This document shows positions 53,201-64,000 of a stretch of 64,000 nucleotides of DNA, in pieces. Under the pieces are notes generated by a model. That model saw only the letters and a program-made list of their open reading frames with translations, searched no databases and was not told where the DNA came from. The stretch is from Lama glama (taxonomy: Eukaryota): NCBI GenBank assembly GCA_028534125.1, contig CM052816.1, positions 38,256,001 to 38,320,000 on the forward strand, given 5' to 3'. The first letter of the stretch is position 1; each line of letters begins with the position of its first letter. The translations under genes were made by a program, and so were the position numbers.

Positions 53201-54562
53201 TGGGAGAGAAAAACAACAACATGGAATGGAGAAAATATTGAAGAACAAATTAACTAAATAACATGAATACTGTAAGAGGAACAGTATATTTCAAAAAAAT
53301 GATCTATTGTGAGATGCAGAAGAAAGTATTCAGATTATATTATCTTCTCAGGATTGCAATAAAATCTGGCCTTCATATATCAAGGTTTTCAATTAACAAA
53401 GCAAAAAAAGAGAAGATGAAAAGCATCTACATTAAATAAAGCAAGAGAGAGAACACTAAAAATATCTCCAATGGCTGTCAGTGAGTAGGGTGAAAATAGA
53501 GAGGGAAAAAAATTTTTAATCCTTTTGAAAAGCTGAAAGATAACCACTAGTAGAACTGAAAATGAAATATATAATTCCCAAAACATTAAATAATTTAACA
53601 TCATAAAAAACAATCTAGGAAGCAAAAGACAGAAAGCAAAGACATAAAGAAGGGAAATATAAATAAGAGATCATGCATAATTGAGAAAATATTTTGAATG
53701 TTTTATTTCCCAGTACTTGTAATTCTTTTATCTTCTCTGTTTATCCCATGTAGTCAAAAGAAAGAGTCCAGAACAGAGTAAAAACAATCCAGAGTTCTCA
53801 GGTTTTGAGCATTAAAAAACACTTTTGAGTGAAACAATAAGAGAAAGGATTTTTAAATCTCAAATGTGAAAGTTAATGCCAAAATCTATATATATTTGGA
53901 AGAACAAAAATTAATTTAATAGCCAATTTTGCAGGACAGGCTTCCCTGCCTTTGAATGAGAAAATAGAATCAAAGACACGTGTAGTCCTCATGTGGGACA
54001 TAGAAATGGATTCCTCCTACCACTTCCACTCTCAGGGTTGGCTTCAAAAGACAATGGTGAAATATAACTCTGCCTTGGAAAAGTCTGGCAAATCTGGAAA
54101 TAAATGAAACTCTCACTGTCTCTCCAGAGTACTGGTGAAATATCCTATATTACCAAGTGTGGGAAGAGTAGAGGAGATTCTAAATTTGGAGCCAGGAGTA
54201 AAGAGAGCTGAGGTCATTCCACCTCTGTCTCTGGCTCTGAACTCCTACAAGACAGCAGCTTTAGAGAAGAGAGTGAAAAACAGGTATGTTGGCTGCAGCT
54301 GGCTGAACTGGTACCATACTACACCAGTAATACTGATCACAAAAGAGAACTGGCTAGTTTGTTTAAGTATTCATGGAAAAGAATAACTGAGTCCTGAAAA
54401 GCAGGAACTCACAGTTTTAGAGGTAGTTTCTTCTCAGCCTGAACTAGTAAAAGAGTAAACTGAGAAGTCCTAAGACAGACAAAAGGCAAAATAAAAATAA
54501 AACCCCAGGATTTCACAAAGATCAAATGAAGTCTATGTTTATCTGTCCTCTCTGTGACAAAC

Positions 54563-55115
54563 AGGTGGTTAAGACAGAAGCAAATAATTTCTGCCTCTTG
54601 GTACTTACACCTTATATAATTCCCTTCCTTTCAGTCTGAACAGGGCCTGTCACTTGTATCTAAACAACGACAAAGGTGATGAGATGTTACCTGAAAGGTC
54701 AGATTTCATAAAATAGTAACTATCATCTGGCTTGCAGATTCTGTCTCTCTTGCAGGCTTTAGTGAAGTAAAGTGTCATGTCTGATATGCCCATAAGGCAA
54801 GGAACAGAGGGTGTCCTCCTCCCGCCAAGAGTCAGCAAGGAAATGGGACCTTTAGCCAAACAGCTTTGAGAAACCTGAATCCTTCCAATAACCATGTAAA
54901 TGAGTGTAGAACTGGATTCGTCTCCCAGTCAAGTAGTCAGATGAGACTTCAAGCACTGGCTGACAATATGATTTCAGCCTTTATATAAGACCCTGACTCA
55001 AGGGACCCAAATAAACCAGATTCCCGACTCACAGAAACTGTGAGACATTAAATGTGTAATGTTTAATTCACTAAGTTTGGGAGCAATGTGTTATGCAGCT
55101 ATAGATTCCTCTACA
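54563..55115 (+). mobile_element. ERVL-MaLR LTR (MLT1E/F-like)
   Basis: ggcaaggaacagaggg...cagcaaggaaatgggacc...gaatccttccaataaccatg...cagattcccgactcacagaaactgtgagac...cactaagtttggg...gttatgcagc. Confidence 0.85.
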
Positions 55116-55833
55116 ACAGCCTCTGTGAAAACATCTGAATGAATAAAGGCGTCTTGGAACACTACTAAAGTTATGCTACCAAGTAAATCATTTCAACTGA
55201 CAAAATAGCTCAGGGAAAAGAGGCTAAAAACTTGCCAAGAAAAGAAGTATTAACTCGAGGTAACTGCAACTAAGTGGTAAAAGTGAAAAATGGAGGTAAG
55301 AAAGCAAGAACTAAAGTTAGATAAATGTAAGAATGCTCATTATTACTATTCTTCATTGACATGACTAAAATTAAATGGATATGAAGCATACTACAGTTTT
55401 AAGAGAGTTATACTTCTAGAGAATGAGCTTAGACTCAAAAAGTCTGTGGTTCTTTGAACATTAAAATGACCCTTAGGTCCCAAGCTTGTACAGACAGGAA
55501 CCAAGCTGAGACAGCTGCCCAGCTCCCAAGGAGGGTCTATTTTCCAATGCTTACCTCACCTCAGATGTGGCCCAAAAAGATAATGAAGGGAAACTTCAAA
55601 ACAAAACAAAACCCCAGAGATCATAGCCAAGGTACTGAAGACCCCTAGAAAGGAGCAAAATTCAGACCCACTTAAGAAACTTCCTCTTTCCTCAACGTAG
55701 GGGTTCTCAGCATCTCTGTCGAGTAGGATTTCATAACCGTAGGACCAGTGAGTGCTAGTGTTTTCCATTCCTTCCCTGCAAAATAAGACTGTTGACTCTG
55801 GTTTACCCGTTACAACACCAAATTTAAATAGGT

Positions 55834-55934
55834 TAAATATGTATGTATATATACGACTGAAACATTATGTTGTACACCAGAAATTGACACAACATTGCAA
55901 ACTGACTATACTTCAATTTTAAAAAATGAAAAAA
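55834..55934 (+). mobile_element. Young, extremely 5'-truncated L1 3' tail (camelid-like)
   Basis: tatgtatatatacgactgaaacattatgttgtacaccagaaattgacacaacattgcaaactgactatacttcaa plus A-tail; 14-bp TSD aaatttaaataggt (55820-55833) / aaacttaaataggt (55935-55948). Confidence 0.88.
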
Positions 55935-55949
55935 AAACTTAAATAGGTA

Positions 55950-56540
55950 GGGGGTAGGGAGTTTGCCTTTTGAGTTCACAGGACTCCATATCAAATAGAT
56001 CTACATTAAACCTGATGTTGAGGCTATTGCATATCGTGTAAAAATACTAGATTTTGAGATGAAGTTGTGAATGAATGGGATATTTTGGTTTTGCCTCCCA
56101 AAGATGAGTGTATTTTGCCTATGTAAAGGTGAGCTGAATATTTGCTGACTAGAAGATGAAGAGAAGTAGTCATGTATGTTTATATCAAATAGTTTTTGCT
56201 CTCCTCTTTCCAGGAACTGGGTAGGACTGGACTTTCTTGCCCCTGGTGAAATTATACATGACTACAAGACTTTCTTTAGCCAAGGAAATGTAAGTGGTAT
56301 GTATTATTTCCCAGCTAAAGTTCTAAGAATCAGTGAGCAGCTTACAATGTCTCTTCCCATTTCTGTGGTGATCACAGAAGACTGTATAGGAATGAAACCT
56401 CTAACGGAACCAAGCCTTCATTAGCCTTAATCACTTTACAAATACAGGTAATATAGTACCCTGAGCTCATGCATCAAGTCAGTAAGATTACTGTAATACT
56501 TATTAACACAGTGTAATCTAGTCTATCCTGAAACATGCAG
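55950..56540 (+). mobile_element. MaLR internal 3' end plus LTR (MLT1H-like)
   Basis: gatgagtgtattttgcctatg internal-end motif, then ggactttcttgcccc...ttctttagccaaggaaatgtaagtgg...ctagtctatcctga LTR motifs. Confidence 0.6.
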
Positions 56541-56589
56541 GCATATTTGATTTCTGGATAATAATTTTAAAAGTATGATTCTTAGGTCT

Positions 56590-56790
56590 AATGGGAATGG
56601 TTTAGAAGAAAAGGTTTGGACTTTGTAACTGAACATGCCTCAGCTTTAATTCTGACTCAGTCATACACTCTAATTTCCAGAAAACTCCTAAAGCTCTTTG
56701 AACCTTTGTGTTCTTTTACAAAAGTGATATAAAAATGCAAACTGAATAAAGCTATTCTAAGGAAGAAGTGACAGAGCTCTGAAAAGGTAG
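56590..56790 (+). mobile_element. MIR SINE
   Basis: tggtttagaagaaaaggtttggacttt...ctctttgaacctttgtgttcttttacaaaagtgatat. Confidence 0.5.
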
Positions 56791-58738
56791 GACCATGAAT
56801 CATATGAGTACATAGTATGTACCTCATAACTTTCCTTCCCCCTCCTGATTCCTACTAAACCCACTATTTACTTTAAAAATTAGGACTACATTTACTTAAG
56901 GGATAAAATGCCATAAGTGTGTGTTGAGAAGAAAACTTCTTTAGAGTTTAATGCATGAGCTATACAAAGAGAAATAGAAACCTAAATTAGCTTATTTGGA
57001 TTAGAGTTTATTTACCATGATTGAGCCACTTTGACAGTGTGAAAGGACCTGATTGATACTAACTTATAAGGATGACTTTCATTGATTTGTTTACAATGAA
57101 CCTTTAGAGATCATAAATACTAACCTCTATGCATGCACATGCAGCTCATGAAAGTTTTTATATCTGCTAATTTTTAAATTCCTGCAAATCCATAACTTTA
57201 ATTTGGGTCCTTAAATAGTGAGCCCTAAACATTAACTTGAACCCATAAAAAGGCAAACTTTAACTTATAATATTTAATATCTTGGTTGACTATTATTCTA
57301 CCAATGGTCTTATTAAGAAATCATACTATTTTACTGCTATGTAAATTATGTTTAATTTAGGAACTAGTTTATTTATCAGATCAATGTCCAAATAATATAT
57401 TGCAAACTGGTGAGTTCAATGACATTTAACTGTTTTACAAAAAAGAAGGAAGAAAAAAAAGAGAACTTAACAATATGTAATGTATAAAATATTATAGAAG
57501 GAAGTAAATCCAAAGTTTATGACATATTCCTACAACCATATAAAAGTTTGTCATAGAACTTTTTATTTATTTTTGATACTCTCATGGTGCAAATTGAAGT
57601 GTTATTAAATTCACAGGACTGGCTGTCATTATGTGTTTTTCCTATCAATTAATGCCTACGACTAAAGAATTTACTTTAGTAGTAGACTTGAGTCATTAAA
57701 AGGGCTCCACAATTTTGAAACGGCCAGGAACCATGGAACCACTGTGATGGACTAAAGGGCTTGGCCTTGAGAGTTGTCATCAAACCTTTTACTTGACAAC
57801 CATTCTTTTGGTAACACTGCACAATTCCTGCCAAGTAGGCAACAAAAACCATTTACTGTTAATGTAGATTTCAAACAGCTATGTTGTAGTACAGACAATA
57901 AATGATTTACTTGATTTACTGGACAACTGATTTTAGAAAAATCAGAAAGAAAAAGAAAATAGAGCAAACTTGAAATAATTCTAAAACTCTCCATTTAAAG
58001 ATGATTTAGATGTAACTTCTTCCTGACATCACTTTAATTTCATCCTCTCTTCTGCACACAATGTGGACAAAAATAGTGGGCAAAAATAGTACTTTAGTTT
58101 TTATCTTATTTTATTAGTTTCATCTTGCTCTTTTCTCAACTTCATATTATTTTCCCCTAAAGCTTTCTGCCAAGATGAGGTATTATAAAACTTCAGAAAA
58201 AAGACAAAAATCACCAGTGGGTTGGCTTCAAATACCAAAGTATGTTCTTAGAATAAAAATACTTTTAGCTATATTTGGAAGCAAAAATGTGCATGTACTT
58301 ATCATAGAAAATTGATAGGCCTAGGTGTATTTGTGTTTTCTCAAACTTAAGGTCTGTTTGTCAGAATTTTTTGAATTATTTAATACATCATAGATAACTT
58401 TCTGCCTTCATATTTAAGCCCACTTATTTAAAGAAAGAAAATAGATGTATTACTGACTTGTTATTTCTCAATGTATATTCCTAAACAGCTAAGGGGATGT
58501 ATGAATGGATATCATATAACTCCCTAGGGGAAAGGTGTATTGCTCGAATCTTATTATGAGAGTTTTAATAAACATGCTGAAAGATGTCCTGTAGGAGTAA
58601 AGATAATTCTAAGTACTAATGGAAAAATAAACCACAGTAATATAAATTTCAAGGTGCTGGAACTTCCAAGATGTAAAAATTCCCTAATTTCATAAAAATT
58701 ATGATTCATGCCTCTGCTTTTTCTTAGAAGATAGATTT

Positions 58739-58870
58739 TATATATATATATATATATATGTCATATAATATCTTTCAGTGATATCTTATATATGACATGT
58801 CATATTGACTATGTATCATCTAAAAGATATATGCATATACATATGCACACACACATATATATGCATATAC
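58739..58870. repeat. (TA)n and degenerate TA/CA/TG microsatellite
   Basis: Directly visible alternating purine-pyrimidine repeats. Confidence 0.8.
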
Positions 58871-59211
58871 AATATTAGTGGGTTCAGAAAATATGAAAAA
58901 TTAAAACTTAATACAGAGACCCTTGCTTACTATTTTTCTGTGTTTTCTTCCACTGGACAACAGGAATACTTTAAAGAAATATTTGTGGACTGACAGAACA
59001 TCAGGCCTACAAAACAAAGTCCAACCCAAGAGAGGCAGAAGTGTTTCATGGAGGTCTATAAAAATACTCAAAGGGCAGCTCTAACCAAGTTTTATCTTTT
59101 TCTTTCCTGCATATAGATTACTTAGACATTTATATCAATATAAATAATATGATTTTTAAGCTTATTCATGTAAGGTTTTTGGACCAGAGTTAGATTTTGT
59201 ATTATGCTTAC

Positions 59212-59306
59212 AGAAATATCAATATCCAACTCAACACTGCAGTGTTGGTCCCCCATGCCCAGCAGCCCAACAGACAATGCAATGGGAACCAGCCGGAAAA
59301 GATGCC
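59212..59306 (-). other. Candidate exon, 95 nt, containing a strong-Kozak ATG
   Basis: Minus strand: cccctaactcatgtag|GGCATCTTTTCCGG...GATATTGATATTTCT|gtaagc. GC-richer than flanks; acceptor tract short. Confidence 0.4.
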
Positions 59307-59441
59307 CTACATGAGTTAGGGGTTCAATTTGTAGACAATGGATGGAGAAGTATGGTTTCCTCCATATATACGGCAAAGAGACCATATTCTCTGCTCCCCT
59401 TCTAAGAGAGTCTTTTTGGAGATTGGATGCAAGCACACTTA

Positions 59442-59912
59442 TTATGGTAGACTAAATAGTGGCCTCTCCAAAATATATTCTTGACCTAATCTCTCTAACC
59501 TGTGAATGTTAACTTACATGGTAAAAGCAATTTTGCAGATGTGGTTAAATTAAGAACATTTAAGCATTTAGTCAGGGGGATTCTCTGGATTATTTGGGTG
59601 GACCCTAAAAGTGATCATAAGTGCCCTGACAAGAGTGAAACAGAAGATCTGACACAGAGAAAAAGTCATGTGAAGGAAGCAAAGGGAAGCAGAGTCAGAG
59701 AGACAAAATGCTACACCACTGGATTTGAAGACAGAGAAAGAGACCACAAGCTAAAGGATGCTACCCTAGAAACTGGGAAAGACAAGGAGACACACTGTCC
59801 TCTAGACCCTCCGAAGAAAACACAGTCCTAAGAAAATCTTGGTTTTGGCTCAGTGAAACATTTTGGACTTCTGGCTTCAGGAACCAGAAGAGAGTTAACA
59901 TGCATTGTCATT
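59442..59912 (+). mobile_element. ERVL-MaLR LTR (MLT1D-like), 3' end missing
   Basis: acctgtgaatgttaacttacatggtaaaag...ttgcagatgtggttaaattaag...ctggatttgaagac...ctagaaactgggaaagacaagga...ttttggacttctg. Confidence 0.88.
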
Positions 59913-59914
59913 TG

Positions 59915-60385
59915 CATCAAAACATGGAGGAGGTCAAGCCTAGATGAACACTCAAAAAAACTGGAGGTTGCGTTAAAGGCAATTCAGAGGAGACATGCAG
60001 GTAAAATGGTAGGCCGTGAGTTTGTCAGAGAGAACTGGGGACTAAATCAACTAAGAGGAAACCTCCTGGGATCAAAACAAATATCTGATATGACCTCAGA
60101 TATTATTCCTTCAAAAGACTCACAATTGACTGGAATAGTCTGCAGAGCAGTTTACACTCCAGAGTACTGCTGAAATCAACTGAACAACAGGCAGCAACTG
60201 CTAGTGCTAGCCATATGGGTGTGGTGAGAAAAGGAGAGGAAGAGAACGCTACCAAAACCACTGCCATCAGAGGATGACTGTGGGCACGGCCAAGGCTGAG
60301 CTTCCCTGTGGGGTGACAAGAGGCTTCACTAAAGTAATGTAGCCAGTGACCAAACAAATGAAAAAGAAAATGACAATGATAAGCA
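59915..60385 (+). mobile_element. Probable old L1M 5' region fragment
   Basis: aaaccactgccatcagaggatgactgtgggcacggccaaggctg resembles L1MC/L1M4-type 5' sequence as I recall it. Confidence 0.45.
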
Positions 60386-60389
60386 ACAG

Positions 60390-61380
60390 ATACCATGAAG
60401 AAATTGTAAAGACAACCCAGAGGTTGGAATGATATATTTGCAAATTATGAATCTGATAAAGGACTTCAACCCAGAATGCATAAAAACTCTCGCAACTCAA
60501 TATTAAAAAGCCAACAAACCCAATCTTAAATGGGCAAAGGAGATGAATAGGCATTTCTTCAAAGAAATATAAATGCCAATAAGCTCAAGAAAAGATATTC
60601 AACCTCACTAGTCGTTAAGGAAATGCAAATCAAAACCATGAGATGCACAGCTTCACATTCACTAGGATGGCTAGAATCAAAAATTCAGAGAATACTGAGT
60701 GTTGGTGAGGATATGGAGAAATCCGAACACCCTCACACTACTGTTGGGAATGTAAAATGGCGCATCTACTTTGGAAAACAGTCTGTCAGTTCCTCAAATG
60801 ATTAAATAAGGAGGTATCATCTGACAAAGCAATTCCACTCCTAGGTACATACCCAAGAAAAATGAAAACATGTGCCCACACAGAAATTTGTACATGAATA
60901 TTTATAGAAGCATTATTCTTATTAGCCAAAAGACAGAAATAACCTAAGTGTCTATCACCTTATGAATGAAAAAACAAACTGTGTTATACACATACAATAG
61001 AATATTATTCAGCCGTAAAAGCGAGTGAAGTACTAACATCTTCAATATGGATGAAATTTTTAAACATTATCCTAAGTCAAAAAAGTCAGTCACAAAGATC
61101 ACACAATCTATGATTCCATTTATTTGACATATCCAGAACAGGAAAATCTATAGAAACTAAAAGCAGATGAGTGGTTACCTAGAGCTGGGGCTAGGGTGGT
61201 GGAATGGGGAGTGACTGTTAATTAACATGGAAGTTCTTTTTGGAGTGATGAAAACATTTTAAATTTGACTGTGGTGATAGCTGAACATATCTGTGAATGT
61301 ATTGAAAACTACTGAATTGTTGACCTTAAAAGGGTGAATGCATGTTATGTGAATTATAATGCAATATACTTATTAAAAAC
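60390..61380 (+). mobile_element. LINE-1 (L1MB7/8-like) end of ORF2 plus 3'UTR
   Basis: ORF 60623-60805 (MQIKTMR...SVGEDMEKSEHPHTTVGNVKW); 3'UTR ggaatggggagtgactgtt...ttctttttggagtgatgaaaac...gtgaattata. Confidence 0.92.
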
Positions 61381-62959
61381 ATTACAAGAAATTCAAGAAA
61401 CTATATATGAGCAGGATAAGGGTGAATGATGAGGAAGACACACAGGAGGCTTCAGAGTAATTAAGAATATTGTATTTCCAGCCTCCGTGGTAGGCATGTA
61501 ATTTTCTAAAAAAAGTATTTAGTTTTACTTTACTGTCATGTTTTATGTACATATATATTTTTGCAATTATCATAGATAGATAGTTACAGAGATAGATATG
61601 CAAATGCAGTGAATATCACGTAATTGAAAATTAACAAAAGAACAAATAAATTGGGTGCACTAACTTTAATTCCATTCTTACCAATATTTCCATCATGGTT
61701 TCCACTGTACCAGACTCTACTTTTAAAGTTGTATGTACCTGGTTTTGGTTTAAAATGCTAGTTGATAATTCACTAATGCAAATTTGACATTGGTTCCGGT
61801 GCAAGCAATGTTTCCTCTAACTCAAAGTGAAACTATTACTGATTTTAAATGTAGTTATATAAGAGTACATTTGGCATATTATAAATAAACCGCACAAAAA
61901 CAAAAAATGTTATGTCTTTAAATGGTTCTCATAATAGTTTATATGAACTATGTAAAGTTCTAAATGCAAATACTTTTTAAAAGCAATTACTTCCCAAGGT
62001 TTATAGGCTTTTCTGCAGAACTTTTTGGAGTCTAGTCAAAATACTAAATTGTGAGTTAAACCTTCCTAGTTACATTTATCAGCTTGATGTTCATCAACAC
62101 AATTATGTAATCTAATAATAGATTATATAACAGTCATTCCCTTTGCCTTAGAAATGGGATAAAGTCAGATGGAAAAAAATTACTAACAGAAAACCAAAGC
62201 ACTGACTCCACAATGTGAGTCTATCTGCATATTCCAACACGGCTGGTGATTCACTCTGTACAATGATGTGAGAGGAGGGCACAGGTGCATTTGCACAACT
62301 CTTTTAGACCCATCAAGAGCACCTTTCAGAAAGCAAAACATGTCTGTTGTCACTGGGGGGGTGGGGGGAGTGAGTAACTAGATTTGGAAACTGGCACCCA
62401 TGGGCAGTATAAAGGAGCATGGTTCACATTGTCTGAAATTGCTCATGCCCTGGTTCATCCAACCAGTAATGAAGCAGTCAGCATCCCATCTCTGGAGTGG
62501 AATAGGCAATTATTCTAGCTTGAAACTCTGCCCTTGCAAATTGAGTGTGGCAACAATTCACATTGGCTGTCATTATAAAGTCCCTCAAAACAAGGGAGCT
62601 ATTCCTATCAGTTCAGAAGGAAAAATCAGAGATGCCTAAAAAGTTTACCTTAACTCCAAATAGATTATTGTGCATTGACGATATGGATATTTAAACTGCT
62701 TTCTGAGAGACCTTTTTGTTTAGTTTTATTCTTCAATCTTACTCCAAATCGTTTCAAATAAATCTAAAATTCTAGTCACGTAGAATATTTCTGTAGATTC
62801 TCATTAACTAACCTCCTATCTTGCAATACATTTAGAGAACGAAAACATTTCTCATTCTCCTTCTGGTTACATTTTAATGCTGTTACAAGCAATCAAGAAA
62901 AGAAAAAACTCCCCTGGGAATCTGATTCTTGGATGAACAGGTAAAACATTTTGTACCTA

Positions 62960-63460
62960 ACAGCTCTCAAACCTAGCTCATGCCTGTATCTTCTGGGGAG
63001 CTTTCATAACAATACCTACGGCTGGGCCCCACTCCATGCCAATTAAATAAGAATTTCTAGGGGTAGGATCTACAGGTGGTTGGTTTTAAAAGCACCTATG
63101 ATGATTCTAGCATGTTCAAGTTAAGCATTACTAAAAATTTAATAGGCATACAACTCAGCTAGGGAAGTATTTAAGCTGCAGATTCTAATTCAAGTGTTCT
63201 GTGATTGGGACTAAAATTCTGGCACATTTCCAGATAACGTGGATGTTGCTGGTTTATGGACTGCGTTGTTAAGTAGCCTGAATCTAGATCAGAAATTCCC
63301 TAGTTTAATATTAGAATTTCCTAGAGAGCTTTTAAGAAATCCTATGCCCTTGACATACCCCAGACGTTACATCAGAAGCTGAATGGGTGCAACTTAGTTA
63401 TCAGCAGTTTTTAAAGTGTCCCAAGTGATTCAAATGTGCAGGAAATATTGAGAACCCCAC
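62960..63460. mobile_element. Cluster of about three hAT-Charlie MITEs (MER5B/MER5A-like)
   Basis: Units at about 62960-63132, 63150-63280 and 63290-63458 with ggggagcttt...gggccccactcc...ccaattaaataagaatttctagggg and tttttaaagtgtcccaagtgattcaaatgtgcag...ttgagaacc motifs. Confidence 0.75.
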
Positions 63461-63464
63461 CGAT

Positions 63465-64000
63465 CTTCTCATCATCCACTCTTCCCTGACCATTTACCCC
63501 TGACTTTTCTCCTTGACTTAATAAAACCAAAAATTTTCCAATAAACAAGTCTTGAAAAATCTGATTTCTGCTTTTTCTTTATCTACGTATCAGTTGCCTA
63601 TGTTTTATTCATTCAATAACTGAAATATCTGCTGACACTCATCTCTCCTTTACCAATAGTCAGCATATATTTAAGGCCTTCAAATACCCTTTGCTGACAA
63701 TGGCATACATTTGTTCCCAATAATTTCTATCTAACTCAAATTATTTAAAAATCTATTGGATATATTTTACCCAATGTGCTAAATTAGTATCTTTAAATCA
63801 CTACCCAAATAAGCATCTTCATGTTGACCTTTTGTCTATAAAACTTAAGCAAAATCCCTCAATATAATATTCAGTTATTCTCCATATTCAGATCTCTACT
63901 TAATTTTCACTTAAATTTTCATTCTAATCTCTCATTACGTATAAAGATCTCCTGGGGATCTTATTCATGTTTTTTCCCACCTACAACTTGTTCCTCAAAG
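63465..64000 (+). mobile_element. Degraded L2 LINE
   Basis: Pyrimidine-rich L2-like body (tctattggatat...agcatcttcatgttgacc...aaacttaagc). Confidence 0.4.

Noticed and set aside
62355..62368. G-quadruplex at G7-T-G6
   Set aside because: Only two G-runs; not a canonical four-run, three-tier motif.
3109..62639. ORF-track entries as protein-coding genes
   Set aside because: All are 60-122 aa, compositionally biased and many have non-ATG starts. The only recognisable ones are broken L1 ORF1/ORF2 or lie in LTRs.
1..64000. CRISPR array, operon, defence system or intact viral/transposase gene
   Set aside because: The sequence is mammalian intronic-type DNA; I saw no repeat-spacer arrays or long intact ORFs.

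Overview
AT-rich, CpG-poor mammalian DNA with no credible protein-coding gene. The ORF track is chance ORFs plus decayed LINE-1 ORF1/ORF2 pieces. The repeat content is typical of placental mammals (MIR, L2, CR1/L3, old L1M, MaLR MLT1 LTRs, hAT MER3/MER5/MER20). Three young L1 3' ends resemble what I recall of camelid L1, and I saw no Alu, B1/B2, BovB, PRE-1 or Can-SINE, so the source is probably a camel, alpaca or llama (inference). The window looks like the interior of very large introns of a minus-strand gene. Six short minus-strand segments have AG/GT splice signals (95, 26, 34, 54, 25 and 67 nt), and every MaLR LTR I could orient lies on the plus strand, antisense to that transcript. The 34-nt exon is the best supported; its size and setting fit my recollection of a non-coding 5'UTR exon of PTPRD, which is unverified. 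Most notable observations: (1) a retroposed 5' half of tRNA-Cys(GCA) ending at the anticodon, with 16-bp direct repeats and no poly-A tail; (2) a possible splice-dependent uORF/micropeptide arrangement built from the candidate micro-exons; (3) a minus-strand-favoured hairpin next to one micro-exon acceptor. Repeat subfamily names are from memory of consensus sequences, and boundaries are approximate unless a TSD is quoted.
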